Positions 18,929-26,789 of a DNA stretch of 64,000 bases are shown here, piece by piece. The notes under the pieces were generated by a model. It did not search any database. It worked only from the letters and a program-made list of their open reading frames with translations, and was not told the DNA's origin. How positions within the stretch are numbered: the stretch's first letter is position 1; each line of letters begins with the position of its first letter. This DNA is from Minisyncoccota bacterium. GTDB lineage: Bacteria > Patescibacteriota > Minisyncoccia > 2-02-FULL-40-12 > GWA2-44-9. The position numbers and the translations under genes are program-made. Location of the stretch: NCBI GenBank assembly GCA_018062285.1, contig JAGOSO010000002.1:3164-67163 (forward strand), given 5' to 3'.

Positions 18929-20446
18929 TTAAATTAATTCACTTAATTCGCTCATGATTTTTATTACTTCTTTATCAAGTGAAGCAATTTCTTTAATAAT
19001 TTCTTTTGGAGACCTCACTGCGACCTTATCTAGCTTATTGGGATTTTTCACTGAAAGATCGTGTGTCTTCTGATCCACTTCAGATACATTTATAGTCCAA
19101 GAATTTTTTGAATCTACTCTTGTCTTGTAAAGTTCCACAAACTCAGACAAATCTTGCTCGCTGAGAGGATTAGTTTTACCAAGATTTCTATCAAGATTAA
19201 GGTGGTAATACCATATTTTCTTAGTTGGACTACCTTTTTTGAAAAATAGGATTACAGTTTTAACACCTGCTTGAAATACACCTCCCGGCAAATCAAGGAC
19301 TGTATGCAAGTCGCAACTATTTAAAAGTTCTTTTCGTAAATTGGCAGCCTTGTCTTCCGATAAAAAGGTGTTTTTTATAACAATGCCTGCGCGACCACCA
19401 GCTCTAAGCTTTTTAATAAAGTGTTGTAGGAACAGATAGGCTGTCTCTCCGCTTTTTATCGGAAAGTTTTGCTGTATTTCTTTTCGCTCACCACCACCAA
19501 ATGGTGGATTAGCTAATATCACATCAAATCTATCCTTCTCTTGTATGTCTGTAATGTTTTCTGACAGCGTGTTGGTGTGAATAATATTTGGCGCATCAAT
19601 ACCATGAAGAATCATGTTCATGACACCAATGATGTATGGAAGAGTTATTTTTTCTTTACCATAAAAAGTTTTTTCTTGTAGAACCTGCCAATCCTTTGAA
19701 GAAAGTTTCTCTCTTTTCTCCGTCATGTGATCATAAGCCTCTATAAGAAAGCCAGCTGATCCGCAGGCGCCATCGTATACAGTTTCCCCAATTTTAGGAT
19801 CTACTAATTCAACGATCGCACGAATAAGAGGGCGTGGAGTGTAATATTGCCCACCATCACGTCCGGCATTACCCATTTTTGCTATCTTACTCTCATAGAG
19901 GTGAGAAAGTTCATGCTTTTCTTCATTCGATTGAAAATGTAAGACATTTACAATATTAAGAATTTCTCTAAGGGCATAGCCACTTTTAATTTTATTCTTA
20001 AGCTCACTAAATATTTCACCGATTTTATACTCAATGGTGTTTGGATTCTCTGCACTAAATTTCCTGAGGTATGGAAAAAGTTTTTGATCAACAAAAGAAT
20101 TTAAATCTGCGCCAGTGAGTGCTTTGTTATAATCGATCTTCTCTTCTTTGTTCATGGGGCATGCCCAATTGCTCCATCTATAATCTGGTTCAAGTATGAA
20201 ATCATATTTTTTGCCAGCAAGTCTGGCTGCTTTTCCTTTCTCAATTTCTAAATCATCCAGATATTTTAAAAATATAATCCAGGAAGTTTGCTCTATATAA
20301 TCCATCGCGCCGCCAGCGTTATCGTTCTTAAGTATATTGTCTATATTTTTGAATGCCTGTTCGAACATAATACCCAAATCATGCTCTTTTTTAAGGTTTT
20401 TATCAATCCTTCGACTTTGCTCAGGACAAGTGGCCCAACGGCTCAA
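18929..20446 (-). CDS. hsdM: Type I RM N6-adenine DNA methyltransferase HsdM
   Basis: HsdM N-terminal domain (WIIFLKYLDD), SAM motif I DGACGSAGFL and catalytic NPPFGG; the annotated start is a TTG inside a palindrome, and an internal ATG (MFEQAF) is an alternative. Confidence 0.85.
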   Translation of the reverse strand: MSRWATCPEQSRRIDKNLKKEHDLGIMFEQAFKNIDNILKNDNAGGAMDYIEQTSWIIFLKYLDDLEIEKGKAARLAGKKYDFILEPDYRWSNWACPMNKEEKIDYNKALTGADLNSFVDQKLFPYLRKFSAENPNTIEYKIGEIFSELKNKIKSGYALREILNIVNVLHFQSNEEKHELSHLYESKIAKMGNAGRDGGQYYTPRPLIRAIVELVDPKIGETVYDGACGSAGFLIEAYDHMTEKREKLSSKDWQVLQEKTFYGKEKITLPYIIGVMNMILHGIDAPNIIHTNTLSENITDIQEKDRFDVILANPPFGGGERKEIQQNFPIKSGETAYLFLQHFIKKLRAGGRAGIVIKNTFLSEDKAANLRKELLNSCDLHTVLDLPGGVFQAGVKTVILFFKKGSPTKKIWYYHLNLDRNLGKTNPLSEQDLSEFVELYKTRVDSKNSWTINVSEVDQKTHDLSVKNPNKLDKVAVRSPKEIIKEIASLDKEVIKIMSELSELI

Positions 20447-20531
20447 CCGGTTGAGCCGTTGCCCAAACCAAGCTTAGCCTTTCTCTTTTTATCGCTTGAA
20501 AGACACTCTGTAATACCCAAAAGGAGCGAGG

Positions 20532-20625
20532 GCCAAGTCAAAACTGACTGTCGCAGGCCGGGCAGGCCGGAGTTCTAAGCGGAAAAGTCAGCAGACTTTT
20601 AACGCGGGTCAGTTTTGGCTTGGGC
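20532..20625. repeat. Structured repeat element copy R1 (outer stem + conserved core gcggaaaagtcagcagacttttaacgcgggtc)
   Basis: Outer stem gccaagtcaaaactgac/gtcagttttggcttgg encloses the conserved core; the second copy is at 25965-26040. Confidence 0.6.
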
Positions 20626-20634
20626 TGAGCGATG

Positions 20635-21015
20635 TCACTCATGTTTGAGCCGTTTGCGAAGCTCTCGGTAATCCGGAAACTGTTGAGCGACTAAATCCCA
20701 GAAGTTCTGGGAGTGGTTGAATTCTTTGAGGTGGCAGAGTTCGTGGACGATAATGTAATCGGCAAGACGTGGTTCCATTAGAGCCAAGCGATAACTAAAA
20801 TTAAGATTGCCACGACGGGAACAACTCCCCCAACGAGTCTTCTGATTACGGATAGCAACTTTATTGTATTTAAAATTATATAATTGATTAAAATATTCTA
20901 ATCTCTCATGGACTAGTTTGCGGGCCGATTCTTTGTGAGCCAAATATTCCTTGCGTGGTGGCCTCGGCCTTGAAACTCTAACCCTCCGCCACACTATTTT
21001 AAATCTGGTAAACAT
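20635..21015 (-). CDS. DUF45/YgjP-like (WLM/SprT-like) predicted zinc metallohydrolase
   Basis: HEXXH zinc motif IIVHELCHLKEFNH near the C-terminus; this family is frequently linked to type I RM loci. Confidence 0.65.
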   Translation of the reverse strand: MFTRFKIVWRRVRVSRPRPPRKEYLAHKESARKLVHERLEYFNQLYNFKYNKVAIRNQKTRWGSCSRRGNLNFSYRLALMEPRLADYIIVHELCHLKEFNHSQNFWDLVAQQFPDYRELRKRLKHE

Positions 21016-21085
21016 CAGGAAATTTTAACATAAAAAAAAGATCCCCTCCGGCACGCATTGCGCACCGAAGGGGTAAGGGAAGGAA

Positions 21086-21571
21086 CTAGCTGGCCGTTTC
21101 GGCTGACTCGGGCTGGTACTCGACCATGAGTCGCCGGCCGGGTCTGTCGTAGATGACATGGTTAAGTTCTACGACCTTCGGATTCTGCCCCAGATCGAAG
21201 CGGATGGAAATATCCGCCTCATCCCGCTTCACTTTGGCTTCCGTCATCATCTGACGGACGAGGGCCAACATCGGGCTGGAGATGCCGTCGTTGCGCCAGC
21301 AGGAATCGTGGTTGGACATGACCTCCCACGAGTCCAGATGATCGAAGCGAGCGTTAACCGCATCAGTGATGTTCCACCCGACCTTCGTGTAGTTCTGGGG
21401 CCGGTGGAACAGAAGATGGGCGATCTTCTGGTGGGAGCGGGCGGAGCTGCCCCGGCGAGAGACGCGAACGTCGAACGCCATGACCAACACCTTCTTCTCG
21501 CCACTCCCCCGCGGGAGCATTGCCTCAACGATTGTCGAGGCAACTTCCTCGAAATCCATGTTCAAAGCCAT
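21086..21571 (-). CDS. Hypothetical protein (GC-rich island gene 1 of 8)
   Basis: 161-aa ORF with AAGGAGG 8 nt upstream of the ATG; the overlapping opposite-strand ORFs are rejected as GC-driven artefacts. Confidence 0.5.
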   Translation of the reverse strand: MALNMDFEEVASTIVEAMLPRGSGEKKVLVMAFDVRVSRRGSSARSHQKIAHLLFHRPQNYTKVGWNITDAVNARFDHLDSWEVMSNHDSCWRNDGISSPMLALVRQMMTEAKVKRDEADISIRFDLGQNPKVVELNHVIYDRPGRRLMVEYQPESAETAS

Positions 21572-21700
21572 CTGCTGTGCCTCCTTAGGCGTTAAAAGAA
21601 CGTATATAAATTATACCATAGTTTATATTAAAAAGCAAGTGCTAGTTTTTGAGTAAAAAAGAGCCCCCTCGGCACGCAATGCGTACCGAAGGGGTAATGA

Positions 21701-22204
21701 TTAGAGATCGTGGATGACGATCGTGGGAGCGGGAGCATTGTCCCACTTCTGCTTGATTCGCTTGAGCTCTTCTTCAACGGCCAACCCGACGCCCTCATCG
21801 ACAGACCAGAGAACATCGTTGTTGATGTCGAACCAGAGATTGAAACGATTCTCGTACGGACTGGGGGTCTTGAGACCGAGCTTGAATTCAAGGGCCTCAC
21901 GGAAGAGAGGAGCTGACTTGAAACGCATGGTCTCGTCCACAGCGACACGCTGGATGAGTTCCTGATAGCCGGTGAAATTGAATCCCCGGCCAGCAATGAC
22001 TTCCACCTTGATCACGGCTTCGCCAAAAATGATTGTCGTCTCAATGCGCGTGATACCTTTGGCAAAGATCCGTTTGAGCGACGACGGTCGAGAGCCCAAT
22101 TCAAACTCGGCGGCTCCCATGTTGTCGTACTCAATCTTTCCCCTTTCCTTGCTGGGGTCAAAGGCGCAACGCTGAATATAACGCGGATAAGCTAACTCGG
22201 GCAT
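21701..22204 (-). CDS. Hypothetical protein, paralog family A copy 1
   Basis: MPELAYPRYIQRCAF...GRGFNF...ETMRFKSAPLF...EFKLGLKTP...NLWFDINNDVLW; AAGGAGA SD; about 50% identical to 22614-23075. Confidence 0.55.
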   Translation of the reverse strand: MPELAYPRYIQRCAFDPSKERGKIEYDNMGAAEFELGSRPSSLKRIFAKGITRIETTIIFGEAVIKVEVIAGRGFNFTGYQELIQRVAVDETMRFKSAPLFREALEFKLGLKTPSPYENRFNLWFDINNDVLWSVDEGVGLAVEEELKRIKQKWDNAPAPTIVIHDL

Positions 22205-22333
22205 GTTGCCTGTCTCCTTGTGGGAAAGAACTCCCGTATTATATACCAAAATTTACAGCAAAAGGCAATCAAAAATTTTGTACAAAAAATGCCCGCTCGC
22301 AAGGACCAGTGGGGTCGATGCGAGACGGGCGTG

Positions 22334-22576
22334 TTAGTGATTGCCAAAAAATAACATGGCAAGCACGACGAGGACGATGATCCCCACGGCAAGTGGGTAC
22401 CGGTTGGCGGTGCGATTAGCCGCACGGCCACTGGCCCGACCAACGTGTCGGACACCGTTCCCTGCCACTCGGCCGACTCCACGAGCGAATCGGTTGGCAG
22501 AATCGGGGCCTCCGAAAATCATCCGAAAGCCATAAATCACGATGGCGAGAACGAGCAGTGAACCAAGCAAGGGCAT
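22334..22576 (-). CDS. Small two-TM membrane protein
   Basis: MPLLGSLLVLAIVIYGF...YPLAVGIIVLVVLAMLFF; GGAGGT SD. Confidence 0.5.
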   Translation of the reverse strand: MPLLGSLLVLAIVIYGFRMIFGGPDSANRFARGVGRVAGNGVRHVGRASGRAANRTANRYPLAVGIIVLVVLAMLFFGNH

Positions 22577-22613
22577 AAGTACCTCCGGCGGGTTAGATTG
22601 TTAAGTTTCTGAA

Positions 22614-23075
22614 TCAGCTGATACCAGCTGTGGGGCGGGCCTGCCATCTCTCTCTGATGAGATTGAGCGAGGCAGACAGTCCAACGGCTTCGATGGTCCA
22701 GAGAACATCATTCTCGATGTCGAACCAAACGTTGACTCGAGGCTGATAAGCGGTGGGCCTCTTCAGCCCGAGCTTGAATTCAATCTCGTCTTTGAATCGA
22801 GGTGCGGCGGCGAACCGCATGGTGCTGTCGGTGGCAATTCGCTCGATGTGCCCCTGATAGCTGACGAGATCGAATCCGCGCGAACCAACCAGCTCGATAG
22901 GCACAACACTGCCGGTGTTGAAACGGATCCCCGTCTGGAATTGAACAATTCCTTTTTCGAAAATCCGCCTCAACGAATTCTGGGTGCCCCACTGGAAATC
23001 GGAGATGCCCATATCGTCGAACCTGAGTTTCCCATCTTTCAAAGTGCAACGCTGAATCAAACGCGGTCTCTTCAT
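22614..23075 (-). CDS. Hypothetical protein, paralog family A copy 2
   Basis: MKRPRLIQRCTL...GSRGFDL...STMRFAAAPRF...EFKLGLKRP...NVWFDIENDVLW aligns with copy 1. Confidence 0.55.
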   Translation of the reverse strand: MKRPRLIQRCTLKDGKLRFDDMGISDFQWGTQNSLRRIFEKGIVQFQTGIRFNTGSVVPIELVGSRGFDLVSYQGHIERIATDSTMRFAAAPRFKDEIEFKLGLKRPTAYQPRVNVWFDIENDVLWTIEAVGLSASLNLIRERWQARPTAGIS

Positions 23076-23106
23076 TACCAGTATCCTTATCTGGTCCTAG
23101 AAGATT

Positions 23107-23607
23107 CTAGAACGATGTTTTTTGTCGAACCTCTTCGAGCATTCGGTCAAATTCTTCTTCCGTCATCTGTTTCAGGTGTGCTGACAAGTCTTCTGTCCCC
23201 TCTGGCCATTCAAAGATGTTTCCCTCTCGACCAGCCAGTGAATCAAATTGGTTCTTCGTGAGGAAATTGCCGACGGAGAAAGCGTCCAGATTGAACACTG
23301 CTCCACGGGATATTAACCCAACTTCGATACCAAGAGACTCATTGATATACATCAGGCGAGGGTGAACATAAACCTTGTGCCGTGGAAGTTGGAGCCAGAT
23401 TTTCTTGAGGAGGTCGAGATCGGTCACGATGACCGGACAACCAATTTCCCAAAGAACATCATCCACCCCCAAGACTACTGGCCACACCTCATCTTCTGGC
23501 AAATCCGCAATGAGCATCATGAAGGAATACCCGATACGGTATCCAGACTGATCCCCCTTTAGTACTGCCCTGAGATTTCTTGGCTTGTCTACCCTTTCTG
23601 AATACAT
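23107..23607 (-). CDS. Hypothetical protein, paralog family B copy 1
   Basis: VDKPRNLRAVLKGDQSGYRIGYSFMMLIADLPED...; AAGGAG SD; shares its N-terminal pattern with 23725-24183. Confidence 0.5.
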   Translation of the reverse strand: MYSERVDKPRNLRAVLKGDQSGYRIGYSFMMLIADLPEDEVWPVVLGVDDVLWEIGCPVIVTDLDLLKKIWLQLPRHKVYVHPRLMYINESLGIEVGLISRGAVFNLDAFSVGNFLTKNQFDSLAGREGNIFEWPEGTEDLSAHLKQMTEEEFDRMLEEVRQKTSF

Positions 23608-23724
23608 CGAATAACTCCTTATCTATATTATAGCACGTTTTAAATAAAAATCAATAGAAATAAAAAAGCCGCCCACCAGAGGTGTCCGATGGGACAGCTC
23701 TTGAATGGACGGCGTATGGGTTGC

Positions 23725-24183
23725 TTAGGCCTGATACTTCTTGCTGGCCTCGGCAATCATCTTGAGAAAATTTATTTCAGACATCGGAGTGAGAAGAACC
23801 AGCGTCGGATGCCACATGAAAGGGCGACCCTGTTGGGAGATAAGGTGCGTGAAAAGTTCGGGTGTGAGGATTTCTTCAACTTGGCAGAATTCTGGCGAGT
23901 TGGAGACTGGGGCTTGGAGTCCCAGAAGTAGATTGACATAAGCCAATCTCTCAACAACTTTGCTTGGAGCTGGGGGCATCAGTTGCCACACTCGCTGGAT
24001 CACCTCAAATTCTGTGGCCCACACGACTGATCTTGTTCGCATGTAGACCGAGCGAAAATCTTGGTCCCCGCAATGATCGAACATCAAAGAGAAAACTTTC
24101 ATCAATCGGTAACCGCTTTGGACACCATCGATGATTTCTTGCAGATTCTTGGGTCGAGAAGACCCTCTGTCAACGACTTCCAT
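23725..24183 (-). CDS. Hypothetical protein, paralog family B copy 2
   Basis: VDRGSSRPKNLQEIIDGVQSGYRLMKVFSLMFDHCGD... same RxxPxNLxxxxxGxQSGYR...F..M..D core as copy 1. Confidence 0.5.
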   Translation of the reverse strand: MEVVDRGSSRPKNLQEIIDGVQSGYRLMKVFSLMFDHCGDQDFRSVYMRTRSVVWATEFEVIQRVWQLMPPAPSKVVERLAYVNLLLGLQAPVSNSPEFCQVEEILTPELFTHLISQQGRPFMWHPTLVLLTPMSEINFLKMIAEASKKYQA

Positions 24184-24198
24184 TATTCCTGCCCCCCT

Positions 24199-24729
24199 CT
24201 AGTTGATATGGGTCAACAAGCCGATGGCCTGAGACCAACCATAGATCTGTTCGGTCTTACCGAAGAAATGCTCGAACTCGGCCACCTCATGAATTTTGGG
24301 GTTAAACAAGAAGAGACGCATCCCCATACCAATGAGTGACCCCAACGCCTCGAGATGATCATCAATGTAGTGAGTCAACTCAAGGTCCCGACACAGAGCA
24401 GCCTTCTCGGCCCGCTCTCGACAGTAGTGAACACGGGCCGACGAATTCGGAATCCCTGTTTTCGCATACAGCTGGTGGTAATCCAGCCAGTGGTGGGTTT
24501 TGGTTCGGATGTCACCGTCGCGCTCTCGTGAGATCAGATGAACACGTCCGGCGAACGGCCCAGAGTTCAGATGACCCAAGACACCGAATACGCCGAAGGT
24601 CGGGAGGGCCTGAAGATAGTTCGGTCCTTTGAACAAGGCAGAGCCTTCGCCCCTAGCGTTGTCGATGACGACCCCACTGATATCCACGCCCAACACAGCC
24701 CTTCTTCCTGACAAATCTGCACCTGACAT
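24199..24729 (-). CDS. Putative HAD-superfamily 5'(3')-deoxyribonucleotidase-like protein
   Basis: N-terminal RRAVLGVDISGVVIDN resembles HAD motif I of the NT5C family (DMDGVLxDF); later K...W...H...IDDH region; AAGGAG SD. Confidence 0.35.
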   Translation of the reverse strand: MSGADLSGRRAVLGVDISGVVIDNARGEGSALFKGPNYLQALPTFGVFGVLGHLNSGPFAGRVHLISRERDGDIRTKTHHWLDYHQLYAKTGIPNSSARVHYCRERAEKAALCRDLELTHYIDDHLEALGSLIGMGMRLFLFNPKIHEVAEFEHFFGKTEQIYGWSQAIGLLTHIN

Positions 24730-24785
24730 ATGACTTCTCCTTGACCAATATTAAAACACAATTAAGACAATATTGCAAATAATAC

Positions 24786-25934
24786 CTAGGCTTCCACCAA
24801 TTCTTTAATTTCTTTTTCGAATCTATGAGCGCTAAAAAGTGAAGCTTGATTTTTTATTATTTCGGAATTGTAATTACTGTAGTTATTATTTAAACGGCGA
24901 ACCGCATCCGCCAAGGCTTCTGGTATTGGATCGTCAAAGAATTCACCAGTTTGGCCTTCTCGTAATGTTTCTGTCGCTCCCCCTTTGCGTAATGCCACAA
25001 CTGGTTTACCAAAAGACATGGCTTCAATTGGAGTCAGCCCAAAATCCTCTTCCTGAGGCATTATGAAAGCCCTACAGTGCGCGTAAGCTTCGGCCACAGC
25101 AGAATCATCCTGCTCTCCCAAAAAAGTTACCCTAGGGCCCGCCATGTGCTCAAGTCGCTTTCTATCTGGTCCATCACCAATAACAACCAATGGAAAATTT
25201 AACTTATTAAAAGCCTCAATTGCGATATCGATATTTTTATACGCATGAAGACGCGAAACGATCAAATAGTAATCCTGACTAGAGAATCGCGAACTTAGAC
25301 CACGAGGAGACGCGTCAAAATCCTGCTGGATTTTGCGCTCATTCTCAGCCCGTCGGCTTCCGATAGCTCCTCCTTGCTCTAAGCTCGCGATTCCTGGATA
25401 TATTACGACTGAATCTTTGCGATAATATTTTTTGATACGAGATTGGACAACTTGGGAGATGGCGACAAATTGGTCGACGCGATCTGCAGAAGCGCGATCC
25501 CAGAGACGCAAGAAATGTTGATACAAAATACCAAAGATTGATAACTCTTTCCCTTTGGCATATTCCGCGTGCCAGTCCCAAAGCATTCGAGTGGGGCTAT
25601 AGCAATAACAAATATGTTTGGTTGATGGTTTTAAAATTAAGCCCTTAGAAAAAACCGCCGAAGAAGATAATACTTTTTCAAATTCTGACAAATCAAAAGA
25701 CTCAACTGCGGTTGGCATTAACCACCCAAAGAGAACATATGTTTTTGAGATAAAAGGAATCTTCTGGAGGAAGCTCGCACGGATGTCGGCATCCGGCAAC
25801 CACCTATCCACAAACTTCTTATCATAAAAAAGAGTATAGATTGGAGCGTCTGGAAAAATTCTATGCAACTCAATCAAAACTCTCTCCGCTCCGCTTATAT
25901 TTTTTAACCAATCATGAACAATCGCTAATCGCAT
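24786..25934 (-). CDS. Family 1 (GT4-like) glycosyltransferase
   Basis: C-terminal EDFGLTPIEAMSFGKPVVALRKGGATETL (GT1 E-x7-E region); 382 aa. Confidence 0.75.
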   Translation of the reverse strand: MRLAIVHDWLKNISGAERVLIELHRIFPDAPIYTLFYDKKFVDRWLPDADIRASFLQKIPFISKTYVLFGWLMPTAVESFDLSEFEKVLSSSAVFSKGLILKPSTKHICYCYSPTRMLWDWHAEYAKGKELSIFGILYQHFLRLWDRASADRVDQFVAISQVVQSRIKKYYRKDSVVIYPGIASLEQGGAIGSRRAENERKIQQDFDASPRGLSSRFSSQDYYLIVSRLHAYKNIDIAIEAFNKLNFPLVVIGDGPDRKRLEHMAGPRVTFLGEQDDSAVAEAYAHCRAFIMPQEEDFGLTPIEAMSFGKPVVALRKGGATETLREGQTGEFFDDPIPEALADAVRRLNNNYSNYNSEIIKNQASLFSAHRFEKEIKELVEA

Positions 25935-25964
25935 ATTTATAGATAATTAGTTTTTAATTCTCGA

Positions 25965-26040
25965 GACCAAGCCGACCGTCGCAGGCGGGTAGCCGAGGGC
26001 AGAGCGGAAAAGTCAGCAGACTTTTAACGCGGGTCGGCGC
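25965..26040. repeat. Structured repeat element copy R2
   Basis: Outer stem gccgacc/ggtcggc (different sequence, pairing maintained) encloses gtcgcagg...gcggaaaagtcagcagacttttaacgcgggtc, which is identical to R1's core. Confidence 0.6.
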
Positions 26041-26099
26041 GTATTGAGGATTAAAAACTAGTCTCCTATTTTTATCATATTTATTGAGAGGGTTCATTA

Positions 26100-26128
26100 T
26101 TGACATAATTACAAAAATAGCGTAATAT
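26100..26128 (+). promoter_or_regulatory. Sigma70-like promoter TTGACA-17-TAATAT
   Basis: ttgacataattacaaaaatagcgtaatat about 25 nt upstream of the ATG at 26151, followed by a gggaga SD. Confidence 0.45.
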
Positions 26129-26150
26129 AATTAATTGGGAGATTGGATAT

Positions 26151-26384
26151 ATGGCAGAAGTTTTAGAACTAGTTTTTGCAATGATCGGTCTTGGAACAGT
26201 GCTCTGGTTGGCCTCGGCATTTTTTGTTGGGGTTGGCCAAGGGGCTCGATATCGTTTTCGTGATCGCATACGCGAGTTCCAGATTCGCTTTGAACGACCA
26301 ATCAGGTTTGCATTGCGCAGAGGACGGCGTATCATTTTACCAAGGCCTGAGGATACTTACCTTTACAAAAAGGAGAAGCGCTGA
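26151..26384 (+). CDS. Small membrane protein (one TM, basic C-terminus)
   Basis: MAEVLELVFAMIGLGTVLWLASAFFVGVG; GC-rich; its stop overlaps the start of the receiver gene (ATGA). Confidence 0.45.
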   Translation: MAEVLELVFAMIGLGTVLWLASAFFVGVGQGARYRFRDRIREFQIRFERPIRFALRRGRRIILPRPEDTYLYKKEKR

Positions 26385-26734
26385 TGAAGATGTTGGCTGT
26401 GGAAGATGATGTAGCAATTCGCCATCTCTTGCCGCGCATTCTCGAGCTCAATGGCTATGAAGTGACCATCGCTTCTAACGCCAAAGAGGCCCTCGAGAAA
26501 TTCAAGGAAGAGAAGTTCGACGTAGTCCTTACCGACTACCACATGCCGCCAGGAATGAACGGAATCAGTCTGGCTGAAGCCATCAAGACGATCAACCCCA
26601 AGACACCAGTCGTCCTGATGTCGGGCCACCCGCCCGACCAGAAGCCCCAGTGCGTCGACTTATTGCTCATGAAGCCCTTGCGCAAGCAAGAGCGAGCTCT
26701 CATCGACGAACTGGTCTCACGACAAAACCCGTAG
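26384..26734 (+). CDS. Stand-alone response-regulator receiver domain (CheY-like)
   Basis: MKMLAVEDDVAIRHLL...DVVLTDYHMPPGMNG...VVLMSGH: phospho-acceptor Asp, T/S and K positions of REC domains; no output domain; GC-rich. Confidence 0.7.
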   Translation: MKMLAVEDDVAIRHLLPRILELNGYEVTIASNAKEALEKFKEEKFDVVLTDYHMPPGMNGISLAEAIKTINPKTPVVLMSGHPPDQKPQCVDLLLMKPLRKQERALIDELVSRQNP

Positions 26735-26736
26735 AA

Positions 26737-26775
26737 CTGCCGTCCCACTGGGCCCGCAAGTTCTGCGGGTCCTTT
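26737..26775 (+). terminator. Rho-independent terminator
   Basis: gggcccgcaagttctgcgggtcc followed by ttttattta. Confidence 0.55.
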
Positions 26776-26789
26776 TATTTATAGAGATA

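Noticed and set aside
20532-20625. Interpretation of the R1/R2 repeat as a tRNA gene fragment (CTTTTAA loop resembling a tRNA-Lys UUU anticodon loop)
   Set aside because: The candidate loop sits on a 7-bp stem with only a 4-nt loop when folded. No T-arm GTTCGAATC-like sequence or D-arm is present. Length and stem arrangement do not fit a cloverleaf.
21158-22249. Multiple overlapping plus- and minus-strand ORFs inside the GC-rich island (21158-21595 +, 21247-21543 -, 21628-21996 -, 21710-21965 +, 21972-22175 +, 22192-22482 -, 22341-22535 +, 22763-23049 -, 22848-23261 +, 23741-24339 +, 24336-24632 +)
   Set aside because: Only the frame with SD-preceded ATGs and protein-like composition was kept. 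The others have Arg/Pro/Ser/Ala-rich low-complexity translations typical of out-of-frame GC-rich DNA.
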